Shown here: positions 46,904 to 55,084 of the stretch, one piece after another
Numbering within the stretch: the first letter of the stretch is position 1
How the letters are laid out: each line of letters begins with the position of its first letter
NCBI GenBank assembly: GCA_963761305.1
Contig: CAVXGK010000001.1
Coordinates: forward strand, 512,001 to 576,000
Direction of reading: 5' to 3'
Origin: an uncultured Gemmatimonadaceae bacterium
Lineage (GTDB): Bacteria; Gemmatimonadota; Gemmatimonadetes; Gemmatimonadales; Gemmatimonadaceae
Length of the DNA: 64,000 nt
Program-made: the position numbers and the translations under genes
Notes under the pieces: model-generated
Databases searched by the model: none
The model's input: the letters and a program-made list of their open reading frames with translations, nothing else
Told to the model about the DNA's origin: nothing

Positions 46904-47593
46904 TCAGGCGCCCGCCAACTGACGGAGCGTCGCGCGGCTCACCGCGTGTCCGCCCTCGAACCGCACGACCGAAGCCGTGATTCCGGCGCGGGCCAGTCGC
47001 GCGACGTCTGCCTCCAGCGCGGCGTCGGACACGTAGTGGTCGCGTGATCCGATCACGAACGTCAGCGGCACGCCTCGCAACGAGAGCGGGCCGCGCGACA
47101 GGTCGGCGTCCGGCGGCACGAGTCCGCCCCAGAGAATGAGCCGCGTCGCGGGGACGCGGCCGTGCGCCAGCCATCGCGAGGCCGTCGCCGCCCCCTGCGA
47201 GAAGCCGACGACGTTGATGCGCGCGCCCGGCGGCATGCTGCCGCCGTTCACCGCGTCGAACACGCTGTCGAGGTACGCGACGTAGTCGGCGACCTCCGAG
47301 GCGCGGTCCTCGCGCGTCATCCACGTGGCGCCGACGGGCCGGTCACGCGACGGCGCGACATCGGCGCTCACCGAATAGAACCGGTTCATCGCCTCCGGCG
47401 CGACGACCAGCGTGTCGTCCGAGGCGAGATCGGCGAAATAGCGAATGAAGTCGCCGGCGAGCTGGCCGTAGCCGTGGAGCACGAACCACAGCGACGTCGG
47501 CGCAACGTCGGGGCGTCCGCCGAGCGTGTAGTAGCGCGCGGTGCGCTGGACGCGAATGTGGTGAGCGTGAGGCGCCGGAGGTCGATCCGTCAC
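46904..47593 (-). CDS. Alpha/beta hydrolase (phospholipase/carboxylesterase)
   Basis: HGYGQLA, GATWMTREDR, GFSQG, D...FEGGH. Confidence 0.88.
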   Translation of the reverse strand: MTDRPPAPHAHHIRVQRTARYYTLGGRPDVAPTSLWFVLHGYGQLAGDFIRYFADLASDDTLVVAPEAMNRFYSVSADVAPSRDRPVGATWMTREDRASEVADYVAYLDSVFDAVNGGSMPPGARINVVGFSQGAATASRWLAHGRVPATRLILWGGLVPPDADLSRGPLSLRGVPLTFVIGSRDHYVSDAALEADVARLARAGITASVVRFEGGHAVSRATLRQLAGA

Positions 47594-47648
47594 GCCTCCA
47601 AGCTACAGCGGTCGGCGGTCCCACAAGCGGACCGCCGACCGGGCGAGC

Positions 47649-49229
47649 CTACTTGCCCGCGGCCGACGACGCACCCGCGGCGAGGAGCTGCGCCTGCGTC
47701 GCGTTGTGCTCGAGCAGCTCGATCGCCTTTGACAACTGGTGATCTTCGCCGACGTTGCGCGCCTTTGCCGCCGCGTCGCCGAATGTCAGGCGCTCGACGC
47801 GATTCGCGAGGTCGCGCGTGAGGTACGTCCGCTCGGCCGTTTGATACTTCGGCTCGAGCTTCACGTTCGCCGCGTTCAAGCGCGTCATCAGCTGTGTGCT
47901 CCACGCGGCGGGAACCGTGAAGTCCTTCGCGACGCTTCCTTTCAGCTCGAGGGCGTAGCTCAGCAGCACCGAGTTGATCGCCTGGCGTTGCGGCGTCGCG
48001 GCGCGAATGAAGTCGCGCTCGTCCGTGGTGAGCGTGTCGTCCGCCACCAGGACGTCGGGACGGATGCCGCCGCCACCGTACACGACGCGCCCGCCGTCCG
48101 ACTTGAACATGGGCCGCTTGGTCGTGTCGGCGCCGAGCGAATCCGGATGCACCTCGACCAGCGTCCCGTTCGCGAGCAGCTCGCGGTCGCGATGGATGGA
48201 GCGGCCGCTCGGCGTGTACCACTTGCCGGTGGTGATCTTGAGATGGTAGCCGCCGTTCAGCTGATACACCGACTGCACGAGTCCTTTGCCGAACGACGTC
48301 GCGCCGACGACGAGCGCGCGGTCGTGATCCTGGAGCGCGCCGGCGACGATTTCCGTCGCCGAGGCCGAGCCTTCGTCCACCAGCACGATGAGCGGCACGG
48401 TGAGGGCGAGATGCCGGCCGCCTGATTTCAGGACTTCGGTCGCCTGGTTGCGCGAATGCACGCTGGCGATCTCCTGGCCGTCGCGCAGGAAGAGACTCGC
48501 CGTCTTGAGCGCCTGGTCGACGATGCCGCCGCCGTTGTCGCGCATGTCGAGCACGATGCCCTTGGCGCCCTGGTCGACGAGGTGGGTGATCGCGTCGGCG
48601 GCTTCGTCGGCCGCGTTTTCGTTGAACGTCTGCAGCGGGATGTAGCCGATGTGGTCACCGAGAATTCCGCTGTACGCGACCGCGGGCACGTGCACGACGC
48701 GCCGCGTGAAGCGGAGCTTGATCGGCTCGGCCACGCCGGGGCGCGTGTAGGTCACCGACACCTGTGAACCCGGCTCGCCGCGGAGCAGCGGAGAAACCTT
48801 TGTGACGTCGACGTTCGTGGTCGATACGGAATCGACGGCGATGACGCGATCGCCTTCACGCACACCCGCCTCTTCGGCCGGCGTGTTCGGGAACACCCGG
48901 TCCACGATGATGACGCCGCGCCCCTGATCGGTGAGGAGCATTCCGGTGCCGCCATAGCGTCCACCGGTCGAGCGCTCGAACGACTCGGATTCCTGGGGGG
49001 AAAGGAGCTCGCTGTATGGATCGTTCAGCTCTTTCACCAGGCCGCGCGCCGCCTTCTCGTAGCTCGCGCCGACGGGGATCGAATCGACGTACTGATTTCG
49101 CACCAGCGTCATGACCTGGTCGAACAGGGCGGCGTTGGCCCGCGTCGGCGATTCCTGCAAGAAAAATCCGCCGGCGACGACGGGGATGACGAGCAGCGTA
49201 GCCGCGGCCGCGGTGCGAAAACGTGGCAT
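47649..49229 (-). CDS. Carboxyl-terminal processing protease (S41A, PDZ domain)
   Basis: DPYS, PDZ region, DMRDNGGG, SASATEIVAGALQD, SFGKGLVQ, TPSGRSI, GGIRPD. Confidence 0.94.
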   Translation of the reverse strand: MPRFRTAAAATLLVIPVVAGGFFLQESPTRANAALFDQVMTLVRNQYVDSIPVGASYEKAARGLVKELNDPYSELLSPQESESFERSTGGRYGGTGMLLTDQGRGVIIVDRVFPNTPAEEAGVREGDRVIAVDSVSTTNVDVTKVSPLLRGEPGSQVSVTYTRPGVAEPIKLRFTRRVVHVPAVAYSGILGDHIGYIPLQTFNENAADEAADAITHLVDQGAKGIVLDMRDNGGGIVDQALKTASLFLRDGQEIASVHSRNQATEVLKSGGRHLALTVPLIVLVDEGSASATEIVAGALQDHDRALVVGATSFGKGLVQSVYQLNGGYHLKITTGKWYTPSGRSIHRDRELLANGTLVEVHPDSLGADTTKRPMFKSDGGRVVYGGGGIRPDVLVADDTLTTDERDFIRAATPQRQAINSVLLSYALELKGSVAKDFTVPAAWSTQLMTRLNAANVKLEPKYQTAERTYLTRDLANRVERLTFGDAAAKARNVGEDHQLSKAIELLEHNATQAQLLAAGASSAAGK

Positions 49230-49292
49230 CAAGAAAACCTACAAAAAAAGGGACTTCGGGGAGAGGCGGAGGCGGGACTTACGAGTACCGGC

Positions 49293-49667
49293 TTACGAGT
49301 TCGGCGTGTTGCTATTACCCCGGGCCGACGCAACATGGTCCGAGCACTGGCGGCGAATTTTCTTCGTCGACGCAGGTGCTTTCGGCGCGTGACCCGTGGC
49401 GTAGAGCACGCGACCTCGCTCGGCTCGGACGTCGTGGTGCTGTTCGAGCAGTGAATCGAGACGGTTCGGCGTGCTCGAGGCGATCGAGGACGAACTGGGT
49501 ACGGGCAGCACACCCGCGTACCGATTGGTCGACGCGGTGCCCCCCGGCCCGCCGCCGCCCGCTTTGCGCATCGGATCAGTCGGGTGCACGCTGCCGATGA
49601 GCAGCGCCAAGGGCATCACCGACGCAACGGAGAGTCGCCGTCTGAGCCGCTCGATCGACCACATCAT
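49293..49667 (-). CDS. Possible small hypothetical protein upstream of the S41A protease
   Basis: Open frame with a basic/hydrophobic N-terminus (RLRRRLSVASVMPLALLIG) filling an otherwise empty ~600 bp gap; no recognisable family. Confidence 0.3.
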   Translation of the reverse strand: MMWSIERLRRRLSVASVMPLALLIGSVHPTDPMRKAGGGGPGGTASTNRYAGVLPVPSSSSIASSTPNRLDSLLEQHHDVRAERGRVLYATGHAPKAPASTKKIRRQCSDHVASARGNSNTPNS

Positions 49668-49836
49668 CAGCCACACTCCGCGAGAGATTCCTGCCCTATT
49701 GAGAGTAAGATTCGTCGACGAGAATGTCAACGAATTCAGCCGCGATCCGACACTCCTTTGACACGGCGTAAGCGATTGGCGTCGCGTCCCTTACGAATCG
49801 CGAACAACTCCCGTAAACAGAGCCGGCAAGCTCGGC

Positions 49837-51132
49837 CTAACGGCCCACGGCGCCCAGTTTCCAGATCCCGTTCAGCATGTCGGAGGCGTATACGACGCCG
49901 CCCTGGAACTGTACGCCCCATACGTATACGGGCTTGTTCTGATTCAAGAGACCGACGGCCATTTCGCGGCCCATCAGCCTGAGGTCGCAGCGCGTGATCT
50001 GCGGACCCGCGGTCGTGAGCGTCTGATTCGCCGGGCAGGTTCCGAGGTCCCCGCGAACGTCGAGCGCCCTGACGCCGGCGTTGTAGTAGGCGGCGTACAG
50101 GATCCCGTTCGCCTCGTCGACCGAGAAGTTGTGCGTTCCCGCGCCGTCGACGTGATAGAACGCGACCTCTTTCGGCTGCGACGGATCGCTCACGTCGACG
50201 ACGTGAATGTCGCCGGACGATGAGCTGCCGACCGCCCCCGGCCCTTCCTGCCCGACGAACGCGAAGTGCTTTCCGCCATTCGGGTCGTGGTACCACCAGA
50301 CGTTGTGCACTTCCCCACCGACCGTCTTGACGCCACCGAGCACCACCGGACTGCTCGGCGACGCACCGGTGCCGCAGCCGCCGATGTCCCAGATCTCGAG
50401 TCCATCATCCCACAGGGCAACGAACAGCAAACCGTCGCGGACGAACGTGTCGTGGACGTACGGGTTGCCGGTGACCTTGGTGTACACCTCGCGCGGCGAC
50501 GCCGGGGTGCTGAGATCCACGATGACCAGCCGCGCCGGCGTCGAGTTGATCGGATCGATCGACAGGAAGCCATAGAGCACTCCGTTGACGCGCCCGATTT
50601 CGGCCGTGTGCACTCCGGGATCCGTGTCGGCGTTGTGAAAGCGCGAGATCTGCGTCGGGTGTTTCGGGTCGGACAGATCGAAGATCACGATCGCTCCGCC
50701 CGTGCGTTCAGTCGCGACGACCAGCAGTGAACCGTCGTCCGACACCGCGACGTCGCCGAGCGTGGAGGCGCCGTCAACGGTGATGGTGTCGATCAGTTGC
50801 GGGACGTTGCCGCTCACGTCCCACACATTGATCCGGTTGCCCGCGTTGGCGCCGCGAAAGCTCCACGTCGTCGTGTACGCGATCGTGCCGCGTGCGGTGA
50901 CCTCGGCCTGGTAGCGGGCGGTGTCCACGCCCGCGCCGAGGACGGGCATCGTCTTCAACTGGGGAATCGAGAGCGAGAGCGGCGCGGGCGCCGGCCCGAC
51001 GTCGATGCCGGGGCAGGACGTGGGATTGTGCGGCGTCACCACCGCCTGCACGGAATCGCTGCCGCACGCCACGACCTGCAACGCGAGCAGCGCGGCGCCG
51101 GCCACGGCCAGCGCGCGCGTCACGGTTGGCAT
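49837..51132 (-). CDS. LVIVD-repeat-like beta-propeller lipoprotein
   Basis: Lipobox VVAC; repeats IFDLSDPKHP, IVDLSTPASP, VVDVSDPSQP; His-containing blades (GVHT, YVHD, EVHN, GTHN); ASDMLNG. Confidence 0.78.
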   Translation of the reverse strand: MPTVTRALAVAGAALLALQVVACGSDSVQAVVTPHNPTSCPGIDVGPAPAPLSLSIPQLKTMPVLGAGVDTARYQAEVTARGTIAYTTTWSFRGANAGNRINVWDVSGNVPQLIDTITVDGASTLGDVAVSDDGSLLVVATERTGGAIVIFDLSDPKHPTQISRFHNADTDPGVHTAEIGRVNGVLYGFLSIDPINSTPARLVIVDLSTPASPREVYTKVTGNPYVHDTFVRDGLLFVALWDDGLEIWDIGGCGTGASPSSPVVLGGVKTVGGEVHNVWWYHDPNGGKHFAFVGQEGPGAVGSSSSGDIHVVDVSDPSQPKEVAFYHVDGAGTHNFSVDEANGILYAAYYNAGVRALDVRGDLGTCPANQTLTTAGPQITRCDLRLMGREMAVGLLNQNKPVYVWGVQFQGGVVYASDMLNGIWKLGAVGR

Positions 51133-52451
51133 CGGGTGCTCATGTGCATGGATTTCATCGTCGTGGAGGGAGCGGGCGCCGGCATCCCCGGCATGTCGGG
51201 CATGCTCGGCATCGATCCACTCGATGGGCTCGCGGTTCCCACAGCGTCGGGCAGCGCGGCGCCGTAGCGGCCCATGCGGCCGTGCATCATGCCGGCGTGG
51301 AGGCGAACGCCGGCTGAAAACATCCAGAGCCAACTCGTGCCGTAGCGAAGGTCGGCGCTGAAGATGCCGGGCGGATTGCCGGGCGTCACGTGAAGTCGCG
51401 CGACTTCGACGAACGGCCGTCCGCTGATGATGCCCGTCTTGAGCGCGGGACTCGCCACGCCGAACGTGAGCGTGGTCCATCGGGAGATGCCGAGGCTCGA
51501 CAGGTCGAGCGGGGGACGCGGCGTGCGAAACGGATCGGTGGTTGGTTCTTCCTCCGCGCGGTCCGTGCGCTCGAGCCGCGCCCCCACGATGACGTCGGCG
51601 CGACACACGGCCGCTTCTCCGAGCAGGCTGTAGAGCGAGTTGATCGTCGTCCCGCCGTCCAACTCGTCGGTGTGCTCCCACTCGACGAGCGCGTACTGCC
51701 GCGAGCCGTTGTCGTGATTGAAATCGTAGCGTGCGTAGAGGCTCGACTTCTGCTGATCGAGCCCATGGCCGGCGCGGATCTCCGGCGACGTGACGTGCGC
51801 GACGCTTCCGGCGACTTCGGTGTGCGCCAGCGGCAGGACGGTGAGGCGGCCCGACCAGGAATCGCCGAACCGGCCCCAGTTCGGCATCGAGGCGGGACTG
51901 ACCGGTTCGTCGCCGTTGAACGTGCCGACTTCTCCAATGAGAGGACCGTAACGCACCGCCGCGATCGCGACCAGACGCTCGAGAATCTGCGCGAGGTGGT
52001 GATTGACCGGATACTTCTCGAACGGACGCACCATCGGGTCGTCGCTGCCGAACGGCGCGAATCCGCGGCCGGCGTAGAACGACACATCGAAGGGCGGTTT
52101 CTTGTCCGTCCCCTCGCGCGGGTGCTCGACGCCGCCCATCAACTCGTGGACGTAGGAGTGCGGATGGCGCCGGTCGACGAACCCTTCACCCGAGGCGCCC
52201 GTCACCAGCTCGCCCCGCGCCATGGTGAGCCCCTCGAAGTCGAAGGTGGCGATGCCGCGCAGCGGTCCGTGGTTCGCGTGCGCCATCAACAGCGGCATCG
52301 TGATGTAGCCTTCGGTGAGATTCGCGCGGATCGCCGTCGGGTCGGCACGAGTGACGACGGGAATCGCCATTGCGCCAAACTCCACATCTTGAGCCAAGGA
52401 GTCGCGCGCAAGCAGTGCCGTCGCTAGCGTGACGAGATGGAAAATCCGCAT
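51120..52451 (-). CDS. Hypothetical exported (probably outer-membrane beta-barrel) protein with His motifs and a Met-rich tail
   Basis: Signal peptide; VDRRHPHSYVHELM, NHHLAQILE, FNGDEP, DSWSGRL; tail GMMHGRMG..SMPSMPDMPGM..MKSMHM. Confidence 0.72.
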   Translation of the reverse strand: MRIFHLVTLATALLARDSLAQDVEFGAMAIPVVTRADPTAIRANLTEGYITMPLLMAHANHGPLRGIATFDFEGLTMARGELVTGASGEGFVDRRHPHSYVHELMGGVEHPREGTDKKPPFDVSFYAGRGFAPFGSDDPMVRPFEKYPVNHHLAQILERLVAIAAVRYGPLIGEVGTFNGDEPVSPASMPNWGRFGDSWSGRLTVLPLAHTEVAGSVAHVTSPEIRAGHGLDQQKSSLYARYDFNHDNGSRQYALVEWEHTDELDGGTTINSLYSLLGEAAVCRADVIVGARLERTDRAEEEPTTDPFRTPRPPLDLSSLGISRWTTLTFGVASPALKTGIISGRPFVEVARLHVTPGNPPGIFSADLRYGTSWLWMFSAGVRLHAGMMHGRMGRYGAALPDAVGTASPSSGSMPSMPDMPGMPAPAPSTTMKSMHMSTRCQP

Positions 52452-53804
52452 TCGGCGAAAGGTAGTGTTGGCGCCGATGAACTGCGGGCCACCGTGGCCC
52501 TCGCGATTCCGGTCGTGCTGGTGCAACTCGGCTTCATGGCGATGGGCGTCGTCGATACGCTCATGGTGGGCCAGGTGTCGGCGCGCGTCCTCGCCGCGGT
52601 CGCGTTGGGAAATCTTTACTTCTTCAACGTGACGATTCTCGCGACGGGCAGCCTGATGGCGCTCGATCCGATCGTCGCACAGGCGGCCGGCGCCGGCGAA
52701 ACCGAGTCGATCGCGCGCGCACTGCAGCGCGGCGTGATCATCGCGCTGGGATTCACCGTCGCGTGCGCGCTCCTCATCGCGCCGGCGCCGGCCGTGTTGT
52801 CCGCGTTGCACCAGCCTCCCGAGATCGTGGGCGACGCGAGCGCGTACTTGCGGATCTCGCTCGCCGGGATCCTGCCGTATCTCGTGTTCGTCGTACTGCG
52901 GCAAAGCCTCCAGGCCATGCACCGCGTCGCGCCCATCGTGTGGACGGTGATCGTGGCGAATTTGTCGAACGCGGGATTCAACTGGGTCTTCGTCTACGGG
53001 CACCTGGGCAGCCGGGCGCTCGGCGTGTCGGGGAGCGCGATCGCGACGTCGATCAGCCGCTGGCTCATGCTGCTGCTCTTGCTCGCCGGCGCCTGGCGCG
53101 AGCTCAGGCCGTTGATGCTGCCCGTTCGCGACAGAATCGGCGCGTTGGGGCCGCTGGCGCAGATGCTCCGCGTCGGGCTGCCGATCGGCGGCCAGCAAGG
53201 TCTCGAGGCAGGCGCGTTCGGCGCGATCGGGTTGCTGATGGGCGTCCTCGGCACGACAGAGATGGCGGCGCACCAGGTCGCGATCACGCTCGCGGCGTTC
53301 ACGTTCATGGTGCCGCTCGGCGTCGGGTCGGCAACGGCGGTTCGCGTGGGCCGGGCGATCGGCGCGGGCGACATGCCGCGCGCGCGTGCCGCCATCCGCG
53401 CGTCGTACGTGTGCGGCGTCGGATTCATGGCGCTCACCGCGGTCGCGTTCATCGCCGTGCCCCACCTGTTCGCCGCGGCCTTCACGCGCGACACGCGGGT
53501 CATCGCGCTCGCGTCGACGCTCATTCCGATCGCCGGGGTGTTTCAGGTGTTCGACGGCGGACAAGCGGTTGGCGCAGGCGTGCTGCGCGGTGCCGGCGAC
53601 ACGAAGGCGCCGCTCGTCACCATGCTCACCAGTTACTGGCTGGTCGGTGTGCCGGTGAGCGCGTATCTCGGATTCCGCACCTCGCTCGGCGCTGCCGGGC
53701 TGTGGTGGGGATTCGTCGTGTCGTTGGCCGGCGTGGCGATTTTTCTATTCTTGCGAATCCGTGTCGTCTTCGCGCAGAGCGTGGGACGGCTTCGCGAGGC
53801 ATAG
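52437..53804 (+). CDS. MATE-family efflux transporter (NorM-like)
   Basis: LAIPVVLVQL..VDTLMVG, VGLPIG, AAHQVA, VRVGRAIGAG, FQVFDGGQ..LRGAGDT. Confidence 0.95.
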   Translation: MENPHSAKGSVGADELRATVALAIPVVLVQLGFMAMGVVDTLMVGQVSARVLAAVALGNLYFFNVTILATGSLMALDPIVAQAAGAGETESIARALQRGVIIALGFTVACALLIAPAPAVLSALHQPPEIVGDASAYLRISLAGILPYLVFVVLRQSLQAMHRVAPIVWTVIVANLSNAGFNWVFVYGHLGSRALGVSGSAIATSISRWLMLLLLLAGAWRELRPLMLPVRDRIGALGPLAQMLRVGLPIGGQQGLEAGAFGAIGLLMGVLGTTEMAAHQVAITLAAFTFMVPLGVGSATAVRVGRAIGAGDMPRARAAIRASYVCGVGFMALTAVAFIAVPHLFAAAFTRDTRVIALASTLIPIAGVFQVFDGGQAVGAGVLRGAGDTKAPLVTMLTSYWLVGVPVSAYLGFRTSLGAAGLWWGFVVSLAGVAIFLFLRIRVVFAQSVGRLREA

Positions 53805-54314
53805 GGCGTCGACGGCCGCGATCGCGCGCGCGAGCCGCTGCGAGCGATCGCCGGTGATCACCGCGACCGCGGCGCCCGACGCGCTCACTGCGTCGCGGAA
53901 GAGCTGCTGCATCGCGTCGCGCATGTGGCCGCGGTCGCGGACACCGTCGGCCACCCAGGGGACGTCGATCTCGCAGAGCAGGTAGAGATCCGGCGCCCGG
54001 TCGCGCGCGGCCTCGGCGATCCACGCGGGGCACTTCCCGAAATAGTGCTCGCAGTAGACGACGGTACTCAGGAGATCGGTGTCCTGCACGACGATCGCGT
54101 TTCCGCACGCGATGGCCGCGTCCTCGAGCGCCATCTGGCCGCGCGCGATCGGCCCGTGATCGGAGAACTCGATGACTCCGCGCCGCGCCTCCGCATACTC
54201 GCGGACGAATTCCGGCACGAGCTCGGCCCGGTAGTGCCGCGCCAACTGCTCGGCGAGCGTCGATTTCCCCGTCGATTCCGATCCGGTGACGACAATGCGA
54301 GCCGAGTCAGTCAC
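53745..54314 (-). CDS. NadR-like P-loop kinase/ATPase (stand-alone ribosylnicotinamide kinase-like domain)
   Basis: IVVTGSESTGKST, PEFVREY, QDTD, PWVADGVRD; follows pnuC. Confidence 0.85.
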   Translation of the reverse strand: MTDSARIVVTGSESTGKSTLAEQLARHYRAELVPEFVREYAEARRGVIEFSDHGPIARGQMALEDAAIACGNAIVVQDTDLLSTVVYCEHYFGKCPAWIAEAARDRAPDLYLLCEIDVPWVADGVRDRGHMRDAMQQLFRDAVSASGAAVAVITGDRSQRLARAIAAVDALCLAKPSHALREDDTDSQE

Positions 54315-54343
54315 TACCGCGGGCAGGAAAGGGGGAACAACGA

Positions 54344-54446
54344 TGCCGCGGATGCACGCCGATTGACGCAGATTCAACTTCAAAGAGCTCGATCATTGGT
54401 TTGAATCAGCGTCAATCGCAGTTCAAATCTGCGGCAATCTGTGTTC
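54344..54446. repeat. Intergenic imperfect inverted repeat built from GCAGATT-like units
   Basis: CGATTGACGCAGATTCAA (54360-54377) / TTGAATCAGCGTCAATCG (54401-54418), 17/18 complementary; outer GCCGCGGAT / ATCTGCGGC. Confidence 0.75.
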
Positions 54447-55083
54447 ATGCTGTTGCCGTTTCGGAGCTCGGAATCGCAACGGCGCGGCCGGCGCTGGCGA
54501 GGGATTTCTTCCACGCGATGTGCCCCATCACGGCGAGCAGGAGGTAGATCGCGTAGTTGCCCGCGGTGAGATAAAGGCCTTTGGAGATGAACATGCCGAC
54601 GTACACGACGTCGACTGCAATCCAGAGCGCCCAGTTCTCGAGCAGTTTGCGGGTCATCATGTATTGCGCGACGAGACTGATCGTCGTCGTCGCGGCGTCG
54701 ACGTACGGCAGCGCGACGCCCGGCATGTGCGACGTCAACCGCCCGAGCGTCGCCCAGACCACCACCCCGATGCCCGCGAGAATCATCCACAGCCTGCCCG
54801 GCGTGCGCGACACGGTGAGCGCGGTGCGCCCCTTGCCGCCGTACAGCCACTCGTACCACCCGTAGAGCGACAGGACGAAGTACACGACCTGGAGCCCCAT
54901 GTCCGAGTAGAGGCCCGACACGCGGAACAGCGCAAAGTAGAGCGCGACGTTCACGAGCGCCGTGGGCCAGCTCCAGATGTTCTCCTTCACGCTGAGCAGC
55001 ACGCTCACGACGCCGAAGATGACCGCGACAAGCTCGAGGCAACTCGAGCCGTGGGCCGCGAGCCACGCGCACAAGATGCCCAC
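54445..55083 (-). CDS. pnuC: Nicotinamide riboside transporter PnuC family
   Basis: ENIWSWP, GLYSDMGLQ, YGWYEW, PYVDA, RKLLENWALWIAVD. Confidence 0.93.
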   Translation of the reverse strand: MGILCAWLAAHGSSCLELVAVIFGVVSVLLSVKENIWSWPTALVNVALYFALFRVSGLYSDMGLQVVYFVLSLYGWYEWLYGGKGRTALTVSRTPGRLWMILAGIGVVVWATLGRLTSHMPGVALPYVDAATTTISLVAQYMMTRKLLENWALWIAVDVVYVGMFISKGLYLTAGNYAIYLLLAVMGHIAWKKSLASAGRAVAIPSSETATA

Positions 55084-55084
55084 G

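Noticed and set aside
52452..53564. N-terminal 371 aa of the 814-aa track ORF
   Set aside because: Antisense to the MATE gene; the plausible protein begins at ATG 52451 with a signal peptide.
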